NCBI GenBank assembly: GCA_964452165.1
Contig: CAYVKP010000001.1
Location: 204,110 to 268,109 of the forward strand
DNA from: an uncultured Gammaproteobacteria bacterium
Lineage (GTDB): Bacteria; Patescibacteriota; Microgenomatia; Levybacterales; GWA1-39-11
Length of the DNA stretch: 64,000 bases
Direction of reading: 5' to 3'
A program made the position numbers and the translations under genes. Under the pieces are notes generated by a model that was not told the DNA's origin, ran no database searches, and was given only the letters and a program-made list of their open reading frames with translations. Positions 47,429 to 56,858 of this stretch are shown one piece after another. How positions within the stretch are numbered: the stretch's first letter is position 1; each line of letters starts with the position of its first letter.

Positions 47429-48055
47429 ATGAAAAAACTCAGCGATATATTGCTTGAAACTCGAGAAGAAAAGGGGATAAGTCTTGATAAGGTGGAGCAA
47501 GATACAAAAATTAAGAAAGAGTTTCTTGAGGCAATTGAAAAAGGTGATTACATAAAGCTTCCTTCAGAAAGTCACGCGATGGGTTTTGTAAAAAATTATG
47601 CAAGATATCTCGGGTTACCTCTTGCATCAACGGTTCCGCTTTTCCGCCGCGAATACAGTGCGCGGCACGCTCAGCATATTGTTCCAAATTTTCGTAAAAC
47701 CCAACACAAATTTAATAGACAGTTTTTGTCCGCCAAGGTTTTTCTGGCAGCAGCAGTTTTCTTAATCGTCGGCATATATATTTTTCTTCAATACAGTTCT
47801 TTGATTTTCCCGCCTCGCCTGAATATCACTTCTCCACACCCAAATGAAGAGATTTCCGGGAACGTAGTTAATGTTCTTGGGCAGACTGATCCATATGCAA
47901 CAGTGACAGTAGATGGTGAGGACGTTTACGTTAATTTGCAGGGAACTTTCAGAAAGTCGATTTATATGTTTTCGGGAGATAGCAAAGTTGATGTTGTTGC
48001 CAAAAACCGCTTCGGCAAAACAAGCGAAAAAGTTGTGAATGTTAAAATAAAGTAA
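47429..48055 (+). CDS. RodZ-like XRE-HTH membrane protein with C-terminal Ig-like domain
   Basis: REEKGISL..TKIKKEFLEAIEKG..GFVKNYARYLGL, TM, beta domain; follows ftsK. Confidence 0.8.
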   Translation: MKKLSDILLETREEKGISLDKVEQDTKIKKEFLEAIEKGDYIKLPSESHAMGFVKNYARYLGLPLASTVPLFRREYSARHAQHIVPNFRKTQHKFNRQFLSAKVFLAAAVFLIVGIYIFLQYSSLIFPPRLNITSPHPNEEISGNVVNVLGQTDPYATVTVDGEDVYVNLQGTFRKSIYMFSGDSKVDVVAKNRFGKTSEKVVNVKIK

Positions 48056-48059
48056 TATT

Positions 48060-49403
48060 ATGCCGGATAACAATCAAATGATTGAATTGGATCCAAGAAG
48101 AAACGCACCAGACCAAAGATATATTTCTGCCCCTCCCGAAGCTAAACCTACCGGCGTTGTTGGAAGTGAATTGGAAAAAGAGAAATTAAAAATAGTTATT
48201 GTAGGTGGAGGCATTACCGGATATAACCTTGCAGATAGACTTGCCAGTGATGGTTTGCACCCTACAATAGTAAGTAGAACCTCCTCGGTTACTGATTTGG
48301 GGCCACGATATGCCACTCCAATCGTTAATAAAAGAACAGCTGACAGATTGGGAATTCCAATTGATCCGGAAGAAGTAGCGGAAGCCTTTAGGACTGCAAA
48401 AACTGGTCTTAGTTTGATGAGTAGCTTCTTAAACATGGGTAGTAAAATGTATTTTAGGAGAAATCCTTATGTTGCTTTGGATTTACAAAAAGCATCAGCA
48501 GACCTACATAGCGAGGTCGCCAAAAATCCAAAAGTTGACATGGTTAACGGCGTATTTTCTAACGTTGAGGTTCAGGGTAATAGAGTCACAGGAGTTAAGG
48601 TGAAAACAGACCATGGAGAAGAAATGCTTACAGCAGATTTGGTTATTGACGCGACAGGTAGAAATGCCGCGGTTGCGAAAATGGTGAAGCAGGTAGTGCC
48701 GGATGCAATAAGTGAATCGCAATTGGAGGGGCATAGGGTTCAAGTTAGTGGAGGGTATGTGGCCATTGATACTAATGGTCTTCATAATGCCTTTCCTAAC
48801 GTAGAGAAAACAATGTATGCAGGAGCTCTACCGAGCAATGCCACCTGCGTTTTGACACCAACTATCTTACAGGCAGGTAGCCGAGCAACCCATCTATTAC
48901 TCGTGGAAGGAGACCCTACGATAATTGGGAATGCAGATGAACAAGCTCGGAAAACCGCAGAAAATCCAAATGATATGAATTCTGTTCGTTTAGAAACTCT
49001 TCGTCTGCTCTCGAAAGGGTCTCAATGGGAAAAGCTTGTTAACAATATCACTTATATGGATAGACCGATTTTATTCACGCACAGAGAGGATTTAGTAAGA
49101 AAAGTTGATCACGTTCAAGGACTTGTTTTGGCCGGAGATGCGGCCGGGTACACTAATCCCTTTTTCGGACGTGGTCTAACGCACGTTGCGAATGATGTAG
49201 ACAGACTCTCTGAAGTATTAAAAAATGTCGACAATGTAAATAGACTAAACGAAATGGCAGCAGAATATAATAACTCACAAGCAAAAGCTGCAGATCGCAA
49301 GCTAAGCCAAATGAGGAGAAACTACAGAGTAATGCATGGTTGGAAGATGGCTAGAAGAGCAACTAGAATAGTAGGTAGAGCCATATCAGAACTCGCTCAA
49401 TAG
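48060..49403 (+). CDS. FAD-dependent oxidoreductase/monooxygenase-like protein
   Basis: IVIVGGGITG, ADLVIDATGR, LAGDAAGYTNPFFGRGL. Confidence 0.8.
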   Translation: MPDNNQMIELDPRRNAPDQRYISAPPEAKPTGVVGSELEKEKLKIVIVGGGITGYNLADRLASDGLHPTIVSRTSSVTDLGPRYATPIVNKRTADRLGIPIDPEEVAEAFRTAKTGLSLMSSFLNMGSKMYFRRNPYVALDLQKASADLHSEVAKNPKVDMVNGVFSNVEVQGNRVTGVKVKTDHGEEMLTADLVIDATGRNAAVAKMVKQVVPDAISESQLEGHRVQVSGGYVAIDTNGLHNAFPNVEKTMYAGALPSNATCVLTPTILQAGSRATHLLLVEGDPTIIGNADEQARKTAENPNDMNSVRLETLRLLSKGSQWEKLVNNITYMDRPILFTHREDLVRKVDHVQGLVLAGDAAGYTNPFFGRGLTHVANDVDRLSEVLKNVDNVNRLNEMAAEYNNSQAKAADRKLSQMRRNYRVMHGWKMARRATRIVGRAISELAQ

Positions 49404-49504
49404 TGTTTTCGAGATAGAAATAATCCTCTCCGATCTGAATCTGTAGGCAGTTTTATATAGTTCTTCTAATTGCTTTTAATCTAGTTTCGTGATAATTTAT
49501 TACC

Positions 49505-49774
49505 ATGATCGATCCTGTCCAGGTAGTTTTACTTGTCGTCATAATTTTACTAACACTGTTGCTTCTTGTACTTGGAGTCCAGGTCTTCTTTATCTTAAAA
49601 GAGCTTCGCAAAACTGTCTCAAGCGCGACGAATATCCTTCGTAACACTGAAAATATTACGGAGTCGGTTTCCGAACCCATGTCGCTTATCTCAGGACTTC
49701 TTTTCTCTTCAAAGTCGCTCTCAACAATTTCAAAGATCTTAAACCGCATTAAAGACCATGACGGAGACGAATAA
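49505..49774 (+). CDS. DUF948/YoxC-like membrane protein
   Basis: TM plus amphipathic helix, paired with a YtxH-like gene. Confidence 0.6.
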   Translation: MIDPVQVVLLVVIILLTLLLLVLGVQVFFILKELRKTVSSATNILRNTENITESVSEPMSLISGLLFSSKSLSTISKILNRIKDHDGDE

Positions 49775-50171
49775 ACATGGAAAGGGTGGTAGCTCCGCAT
49801 TCTTCTGGGGACTAATAATTGGTGCCCTTTTGGCAACTCTGCTCACGACAAAAAAGGGTAGACAAATTCTCCACGACATAATTGAGTTGGGACTAGAGCT
49901 AATAGAAGAATTTATAGCTGATAAGAAAGAGAAAGTAATAAAACAGGTAGAAAAAATTGAGGAAGTTGTAGTAGAGGACAAGGTAGACGAGCAAGTTTCA
50001 GAAGAAGAACTGGCAAAAGAAGACTTAGAGTCTGAAGTTGCAGCGGAGGAAACCACACCCGCAGAGCCGGTTCAGGTCAAAGAAAATGAGGAAGTTGCGG
50101 AAGAGAAAAAGACGAATGGAAATGGCCACCAGAAAAAAAGATTATTCAGGGGAATAAGAAGAACAAAATAA
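49758..50171 (+). CDS. YtxH-like protein
   Basis: FFWGLIIGALLATLLTTKKGRQ pattern, acidic tail. Confidence 0.65.
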   Translation: MTETNKHGKGGSSAFFWGLIIGALLATLLTTKKGRQILHDIIELGLELIEEFIADKKEKVIKQVEKIEEVVVEDKVDEQVSEEELAKEDLESEVAAEETTPAEPVQVKENEEVAEEKKTNGNGHQKKRLFRGIRRTK

Positions 50172-50247
50172 ACCAAGAACATCAAATGTTTGGTAAACCT
50201 CTCAAAATAGCCTTGGAGCCTTGCTTTTGGTATAATACCCAGAATCT

Positions 50248-51198
50248 ATGAAAAAGGTTGTTGTAATAGGTGGTGGAACAGGTGTTTTCACGGTTCTATC
50301 CGGACTTAAGGAGTATGAGTATGAGCTTGCCGCAATCGTCTCAATGGCAGACGATGGTGGATCAACAGGCGTGCTGCGTGAGGAGTTTGGGGTCCTTCCT
50401 CCGGGAGACGTCCGCCGTGCCCTCGTTGCCCTCTCAAATTCAGACAATAAAGTAGTTGCTGAACTTTTCAACTATCGTTTTGAGGAAAATTCTTCCTTAA
50501 AAGGCCACAGCCTAGGCAATCTTTTGTTAACGGCACTTGCCAGTATTAAAGGAAGCTGGCAAGAAGGACTGAAGGAGGCGGTGGCAATTCTTGACGTTGA
50601 GGGTGAAGTTATTCCTGTCACGCTTCAGAAAACCAAACTCCACGCAGAGCTTGAGGACGGTGAAATTATTGAAGGCGAGACAAATATTGATATTCCTAAA
50701 CACGACCCAACTCTCAAAATAAAGAGGGTTTTTCTTGATCCCCAGGTCAGCGCAAATGACGATGCGGTTCGTGCAATAAAAGAGGCTGATTTTGTAATTA
50801 TTGGTCCCGGAGATTTATACACGTCACTCGTCCCAAATCTTATAGTTGATGGAATTGTTCCTGCACTGAAGGAAACACAAGGTAAAATTATCTTTATCAC
50901 CAACATTATGACCAAATACGGCGAAACCAATAATTTTGCGGCATCAGACTTTGTAAAAGTAATGGAATCATATTTGAGTCAAGGAGTTTTAGATTACGTT
51001 GTTGTTAACGTTGAACAAATGGCTGGTCGAGTCCTCCAGCGGTATCAGGAGGAGCACGTAGATTACGTAGACTATGATAGTCAAAACTTTAACAGTCACT
51101 TTGAGACAATCACGGGAAAGTTTTTGAGAAAAGGACAGTTTTTAAGACACGATCAGGAAAAACTTGCAAAAGTTCTATCAAAAATAATGGGTAGGTAA
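50248..51198 (+). CDS. yvcK: YvcK/GlmR (CofD-like) UDP-GlcNAc-binding protein
   Basis: VVIGGGTG, DDGGSTG.LR, PPGDVRR, GHSLGNL, IGPGDLYTS, RHD. Confidence 0.92.
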   Translation: MKKVVVIGGGTGVFTVLSGLKEYEYELAAIVSMADDGGSTGVLREEFGVLPPGDVRRALVALSNSDNKVVAELFNYRFEENSSLKGHSLGNLLLTALASIKGSWQEGLKEAVAILDVEGEVIPVTLQKTKLHAELEDGEIIEGETNIDIPKHDPTLKIKRVFLDPQVSANDDAVRAIKEADFVIIGPGDLYTSLVPNLIVDGIVPALKETQGKIIFITNIMTKYGETNNFAASDFVKVMESYLSQGVLDYVVVNVEQMAGRVLQRYQEEHVDYVDYDSQNFNSHFETITGKFLRKGQFLRHDQEKLAKVLSKIMGR

Positions 51199-51209
51199 CT
51201 TTCGTCTCC

Positions 51210-51827
51210 ATGGACAAAAAGGGAAAAGCCGCAAAAATCGTTCGAATTTTAAAAGAACTATTTCCTGACCCCAAAACTCCACTAAATCACACAAGCCCCT
51301 GGGAATTATATGTTGCGGTCGCACTGTCCGCTCAACAAACGGATGTTGGCGTAAATAAAGTAACTGAAAATTTGTTTAAAAAATATAAAAAACTCGACAA
51401 TTATCGAAAAGTCGGACTAGATGAATTCGAACAGGACATAAGATCGATTAACTTTTATAAAGGCAAAGCAAAAGCTATTAAAAAAGCCGCTGATATCGTC
51501 GGCGAAAAATATAAAGGGAAAATGCCCGAGACTATGGACGAATTGATTGCGCTTCCATTTATCGGACGGAAAACTGCGAACGTAATTTTGCAGGAAGCAT
51601 TCGGAAAAAGTGAAGGCGTTGTTGTTGATACTCACGTTCGCCGCCTCACTAACTTGTTCGGCTTGACCAAAAACCAAGATCCTGTAAAGATCGAACGCGA
51701 TTTAATGGAAATTGTTCCGCAAGAAGATTGGCGAGAATTCGGCCTCGGATTAATATATTATGGTAGAACTTACTGTACGGCCCGCTGCCGCCACACCGAT
51801 TGTCCCCTGAGAGAATTTATCGTTTAG
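51210..51827 (+). CDS. nth: Endonuclease III
   Basis: LSAQQTD..VN, HhH LPFIGRKTANV, VDTHV.R. Confidence 0.92.
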   Translation: MDKKGKAAKIVRILKELFPDPKTPLNHTSPWELYVAVALSAQQTDVGVNKVTENLFKKYKKLDNYRKVGLDEFEQDIRSINFYKGKAKAIKKAADIVGEKYKGKMPETMDELIALPFIGRKTANVILQEAFGKSEGVVVDTHVRRLTNLFGLTKNQDPVKIERDLMEIVPQEDWREFGLGLIYYGRTYCTARCRHTDCPLREFIV

Positions 51828-54800
51828 CTCTTGTTCGGATGATGGTTCGAGTCACTTCTTTTACCGGGTTGAACCACATGTAGTAAACAACCGGGATAAA
51901 GAAAAGCATTATAAATATTGAGAATGAAAGTCCAGCAACAATTGCTCCTCCGAGACCGCGCCATAACGGGTTAGAAATAGTAATTGGTACAAGCCCAACT
52001 ATTGTTGTAAAAGATCCTAAGAATATTGGTTCAAGCCTTGCCGCTGCAGCATCAGAAATTGCACTTGAGAAAGGGAGGCCGGCTTTTCGATTTAAATTTA
52101 TACGGTCTACCAAGACCATTGCTTGAGTTACAACAATTCCAAAAAGTGATAAGACTCCAATGAGCGCCGGGAAAGAAAGTGGAGTTCCGGTGAGGGCAAA
52201 AATAACAAAAACTCCAGATATTGCGATTGGAATAATAAGCATGACGAGAAGCGCTTGACGATAAGAAGTAAACTGAATTACCATTGTTCCAAAAATCAGA
52301 ATTCCGGCGAGTAACATAGCTTGGAAAATGGATTGAACGGATTTATTATTCTCTTCATTTACTCCGCCCGTTTGCCAAGAATATCCTTCAGGTAAATTTA
52401 GCGAGTCGGCAAACTTTTCAAGTTTTTTGTTTGTTCCGGTTACAGAATATCCCTTAGTGATTCCTGCAGTAACGCTAATCGTTCTTTTGTTATTATGACG
52501 AGTGATTTGCGTAGGATTGGTTTTGAGTTGGAAATTTCCAAGCGCCGCAATGGGAATCTGCTCACCTGTCATATTGTTAATGTTGAGGGTTCCAAGTTCT
52601 TGAGGGGTGGGATTGCCATCTTTTTCTCTAAGAATTATATCCTCGGAATTATTTGAATTATTAAACTTGACACTATCAACGGTTGTACCCGTTGAATAAG
52701 TTCTAAGAGCAAATCCGGTGCTGTCAATATTGAGACCGTTTTCAGAAAGTTTGATAACATCCGGAATAAAAGTAAGTTTGCTGACTCCGGGCTTGATCGA
52801 TTTATTTATATTTACAACCCCCGGTTGAGACTTGAGATAATCACCGATTTTATCGGCGTACAAATCCAATTTTTGTAAGTCGTCTCCCAAAACCTGGATT
52901 TGAAGATCAGCTCCGGCCGGCGGTCCCCCATTCTCCTCAACCACAGATACTAAGCCTTTGGTTGTCTGATTTTTATACTTATCACGAAGTCTTTCCGCAA
53001 TATCTAGAGAAGAAATTTTCTGGTCGTTGGGGTCTGGCAAATTCAACGTAACCTGCAAAACATTGCTTCCGGATTGTCCGCCTTGACCGCTTTGGCCATT
53101 TATTGACCCGACTTCTGCTGTTACATAATTTACGCCATTCGTATTTCTTAAATCATTTGCTAAGTTGTAAGCTTCTTTATTGGTTACCTCAAGCTTTGTG
53201 CCAGCAGGTAATTCCTCCGTAATAAAAAGCAAATTAGATTTGGATTTTGGGAAAAATTCGTTTACAACAAAACCCGCCGGGACAAGAAAATAGGCAAAAA
53301 CTGTGAACAAGACAATAGCAATTATGGTCTTTCTTCTCGCCGATTTTGACGCTAGAATTCTTGAAATTACATTTTTATATTTTGCTCCAACTTCTTCAAG
53401 ATCAATAAGTCCACGACTTAAAAATCTTGAAAAAAATTCTCCGTAAACTTTTCTATTCCTTGTTGAAATTCTGGACTTTGTGGCTTCAAATATTTTATTT
53501 CTTATTCTGAAAGTAACAAATATAAAAGCCAGATAAAAAATAATAATGATTGGAGCAAGCGGATTTTTAGATAAAAGTGGATAAACAAGAAATATTAATA
53601 AAACTACTCCCAGCGTTTGCAGTAAGAGCTTAACTCTGTTTGGAATCCGGAGTTTGAGTGTCGCCATCATTAGAGGTAGAGTAATCAAAACCGCTATGGC
53701 AGTTGAGGAATAAAGAGTTGCAGCAACAACTATTGGAATAGTTTTGATAAATTCACCAATTATTCCGGTTGATAAAAGTAATGGAATAAATGCCCAAACA
53801 GTTGTAATTGTGGTGCTCCATATGGGAATTATGAAGTCTCGCCATACAAGAAGCCCTGCCTCTTGCGGAGTAAACTTTCGGGTTTTGTAATAAGAGGTTA
53901 TTCCGGTGATGATAACGATTGAGTCATCAACCAAAAGTCCCAGAGACAAAAGCAAAGAAAAAAGAGAAAGAAAATTTATTGATAGTCCAAGGTAGTACAT
54001 GATGGTAAATGCTGATAAAAAAGTAAGCGGTATTGTAAGGCTTACGATTAACGCTTGTCTGATTCCAAGGAAAATAAGGAAAGTTATAAAAACGAGAATG
54101 ATAGTGTCCTTAAAGTTTGATGTTAAATCATTGAATTGTTTGTTTACTTCGTTTGCAGTGTCTTGGACTGTTATTAATTTAAAATCTCCGTTGTAAGGCT
54201 TAACCACTTTGTTAACTATGTCTTTTGCAGTATCAGAAGCTTCGGTGATGTTTGCGGACCGTGTTTTAAACACTGAAAAAGTTACAACCCTTTGCGGCGG
54301 AAAGTTTTTGTCTGCATAGTATGCTTGATTTTGATTTGGAACAGCTTTTTCCGAGATGTTTGCAATATCCCCAAGCTTGACAATCTGACCAGCAAGATTT
54401 ACTGGAATTAGTCTGAGGTTTGTAACGTCTGTAGTGAAAGCATCAACTCCTATTGGGAACGAAAATCTTCCGGTATCCACGTCTCCGCCGGGATAAGACT
54501 TTAAGGAGGCTCTTATACTTGCTGAAACCTGCTGGGGATTTATATTGTATTGTTCAAGAGTTTCGGGCTTGAGCAATATTTGAAATTCTTGTTTATCAAT
54601 TCCCGATATACCAACATGATCAATCTTTGAACTTTCTTTAAGTTTTGCTTCAATTGTATCTGCAAATCGAGATAATGTTGCAGGATCAGACGTTGTTTTT
54701 AGTGCAAAAATCCAAACAGGTTGGTTTTCAAAATCAAAAGTTTGAACGATTGGTGTTTTTGCATCAGTAGGTAGATTTGTAACCGTATCAAGGGCGGATT

Positions 54801-55179
54801 TTACATCTTGTTTTGCTTTTTCAGGATCTGTCCCTGAAGTGAATTGTAATGTAATATTTGACACCGATTCCCCGGAAACGGAATCCATATCTGTTTTGCC
54901 TGCAACACTATTTAGTTTATCTTCTATGGGAATTGTTACTAAAGATTCTACGTCCTTGGGGCCGGCACCCGGAAGAACGGTTGTTACTGAAACAATTGGA
55001 ATTTTAATCTCTGGGTTAAGTCTTTTGGGGAGTCTTAAAAAACTTGAGATTCCTGCAACCAAAATAAATATTACCAATAGAATAACCAGGCGAATATTGC
55101 TTAAATATTTTGCCTTGAAAGATGATAAGAGTTTGCGATCAAATTTTAGATTTGAAAGATAAGAATTTTTACTTGGCAT
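51817..55179 (-). CDS. RND efflux permease (AcrB/AcrD/AcrF family)
   Basis: PGAGPKDVESLVTIPIE, GLLVDDSIV, RLEPIFL, ~12 TMs plus an extra TM insert. Confidence 0.92.
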   Translation of the reverse strand: MPSKNSYLSNLKFDRKLLSSFKAKYLSNIRLVILLVIFILVAGISSFLRLPKRLNPEIKIPIVSVTTVLPGAGPKDVESLVTIPIEDKLNSVAGKTDMDSVSGESVSNITLQFTSGTDPEKAKQDVKSALDTVTNLPTDAKTPIVQTFDFENQPVWIFALKTTSDPATLSRFADTIEAKLKESSKIDHVGISGIDKQEFQILLKPETLEQYNINPQQVSASIRASLKSYPGGDVDTGRFSFPIGVDAFTTDVTNLRLIPVNLAGQIVKLGDIANISEKAVPNQNQAYYADKNFPPQRVVTFSVFKTRSANITEASDTAKDIVNKVVKPYNGDFKLITVQDTANEVNKQFNDLTSNFKDTIILVFITFLIFLGIRQALIVSLTIPLTFLSAFTIMYYLGLSINFLSLFSLLLSLGLLVDDSIVIITGITSYYKTRKFTPQEAGLLVWRDFIIPIWSTTITTVWAFIPLLLSTGIIGEFIKTIPIVVAATLYSSTAIAVLITLPLMMATLKLRIPNRVKLLLQTLGVVLLIFLVYPLLSKNPLAPIIIIFYLAFIFVTFRIRNKIFEATKSRISTRNRKVYGEFFSRFLSRGLIDLEEVGAKYKNVISRILASKSARRKTIIAIVLFTVFAYFLVPAGFVVNEFFPKSKSNLLFITEELPAGTKLEVTNKEAYNLANDLRNTNGVNYVTAEVGSINGQSGQGGQSGSNVLQVTLNLPDPNDQKISSLDIAERLRDKYKNQTTKGLVSVVEENGGPPAGADLQIQVLGDDLQKLDLYADKIGDYLKSQPGVVNINKSIKPGVSKLTFIPDVIKLSENGLNIDSTGFALRTYSTGTTVDSVKFNNSNNSEDIILREKDGNPTPQELGTLNINNMTGEQIPIAALGNFQLKTNPTQITRHNNKRTISVTAGITKGYSVTGTNKKLEKFADSLNLPEGYSWQTGGVNEENNKSVQSIFQAMLLAGILIFGTMVIQFTSYRQALLVMLIIPIAISGVFVIFALTGTPLSFPALIGVLSLFGIVVTQAMVLVDRINLNRKAGLPFSSAISDAAAARLEPIFLGSFTTIVGLVPITISNPLWRGLGGAIVAGLSFSIFIMLFFIPVVYYMWFNPVKEVTRTIIRTRAKR

Positions 55180-55200
55180 AAGAGTTTGGTCAAGGTTGTG

Positions 55201-56676
55201 TTATCTGCTACTAACCGGGTCACCAGAGATTACGTTTCTTGAGACAATTACATTGTCTCCGCTGCTAAGTCCGCTTTGAACCTCAATATAATCACCAAAG
55301 ACAGAACCAAGTTTAACTTGTTTGCTTTTTGCGGTTCCTCCATCATCTACAAAAATATAAGAGCTATTTTGTGACTGATAAACCGAATCAATCGGAATAA
55401 ATGGTGCAACACTTGATGTATCTGCGTATCCAACTGGAATATCGATTTTTATGTAGCCCTTGTCTGTAAGTTCATTTTGAAATTCTCCAGAAAGCGTATA
55501 GAAAATTGCATACAAAGACCCGTCAGTTGCCTCGTTTGAAATATAAGATGGCGTGATTTGTTGGGTTTGTCCATCAGGTAGATAAATGGTACTGTCCTCA
55601 ATATTTGAAGCGTTTTTTGCAATGTAATATGGAACTTTTGCGACAATTTTTAAATCTTGCTCTCCATGAAGAAGTAAGAGTGGTGTTCCAGGATTAACGC
55701 TCTGTCCAACTGTTACATAAACTCTTTCAACAACACCCGCAAAAGGAGCCGAAGGAAACATGGTAGCTTCATTGACCTGGGCGATTGCCAAAGACAGCCT
55801 GCTTGCTTCAAGTGACAGATCAAGCGCTTTTTGTTGAAGGTCGAGCTGTCTATTTGTAAGATCGAATCCAAGAGTCACCAATTGAGCAGCAGGACCTGAC
55901 GTGTCGGTCGCAAGTCTTGCCTGTCTTTGTCCCGCATTAAGCTGATTAATGGCTTGTTCAAGACCACTTACCTGACTTCTCAGGGCGATATTATTTGGAT
56001 CACTCTGTAACTGTTGGTTTAATAAACCCAAAGTAACATTGTCAAAATCTATAAGACCCTGAGTATCGCTTATCGACTGGTTTGTAATATCTCGCATTCT
56101 GTCTGAGTTTGTTTTATTTTGGTTTGCGATATCCCTCTGTTTTTGAATAATGTCTTTTTGCGTACCATATGTATCTTTTGCATTTTTATACTGGGTTGAT
56201 GCAAGTTGTCTTTGAAGACTCGCTGTATTTCCACCACTATAGTTAGTTGCTATTGATACAAGGTTTGTGCCGCTTGAAACTTCTTGTCCTTCAGTGACGT
56301 TTATCCCGGATATTACTCCTGGGGTAAGCGCAACAATTTTTACAACACCTGATTTTTCAACCTGAGCATCAACATGGACCTGAGGTGCCCTACCGATTCT
56401 GTAGATTTCGACTCTTTTGATTGGTATTTTTACAGCAGTTTCAGCTTTGGGACGGCGCAAGAAACTTCCCATGATTATTAAAAGAAGAATTAAACCAATC
56501 AGAGAAAAGAAAACCGTGAATGGCTTCCTCTCAATTAGGTCTCCTGCATGTCTTGTTATGATTTTAATTCTGCCCTTTGGGTTAATCACTCTGATTCGCT
56601 CGGAAAAACCCGAAATGTTATCCGAAACACGGTCACGAATCACATAAAGCCTACTGGGTTTTTTATTTTTTGCCAT
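55201..56676 (-). CDS. RND periplasmic adaptor (membrane fusion protein)
   Basis: TM, lipoyl half-motifs (PGVISGINVTEGQ, APFAGVVE..VTVGQ), long hairpin, VEVQSGL-like IEVQSGLSSGD. Confidence 0.85.
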   Translation of the reverse strand: MAKNKKPSRLYVIRDRVSDNISGFSERIRVINPKGRIKIITRHAGDLIERKPFTVFFSLIGLILLLIIMGSFLRRPKAETAVKIPIKRVEIYRIGRAPQVHVDAQVEKSGVVKIVALTPGVISGINVTEGQEVSSGTNLVSIATNYSGGNTASLQRQLASTQYKNAKDTYGTQKDIIQKQRDIANQNKTNSDRMRDITNQSISDTQGLIDFDNVTLGLLNQQLQSDPNNIALRSQVSGLEQAINQLNAGQRQARLATDTSGPAAQLVTLGFDLTNRQLDLQQKALDLSLEASRLSLAIAQVNEATMFPSAPFAGVVERVYVTVGQSVNPGTPLLLLHGEQDLKIVAKVPYYIAKNASNIEDSTIYLPDGQTQQITPSYISNEATDGSLYAIFYTLSGEFQNELTDKGYIKIDIPVGYADTSSVAPFIPIDSVYQSQNSSYIFVDDGGTAKSKQVKLGSVFGDYIEVQSGLSSGDNVIVSRNVISGDPVSSR

Positions 56677-56858
56677 TAAAATGCTTGGGTAGTTTTTGAG
56701 GTTACACTCGGTGACAGACGAGTAGGCAGGTAAGCTAAACTAACTATGGGATTTTAACTGAATAACTGTTTAATGTCAACCTTCCCGAGGCTCAACTCAT
56801 GCTATAATAATCTAGCATGACAGCCCTTCGCATAAGCTCAGGGTAAACAGATTTTGAA

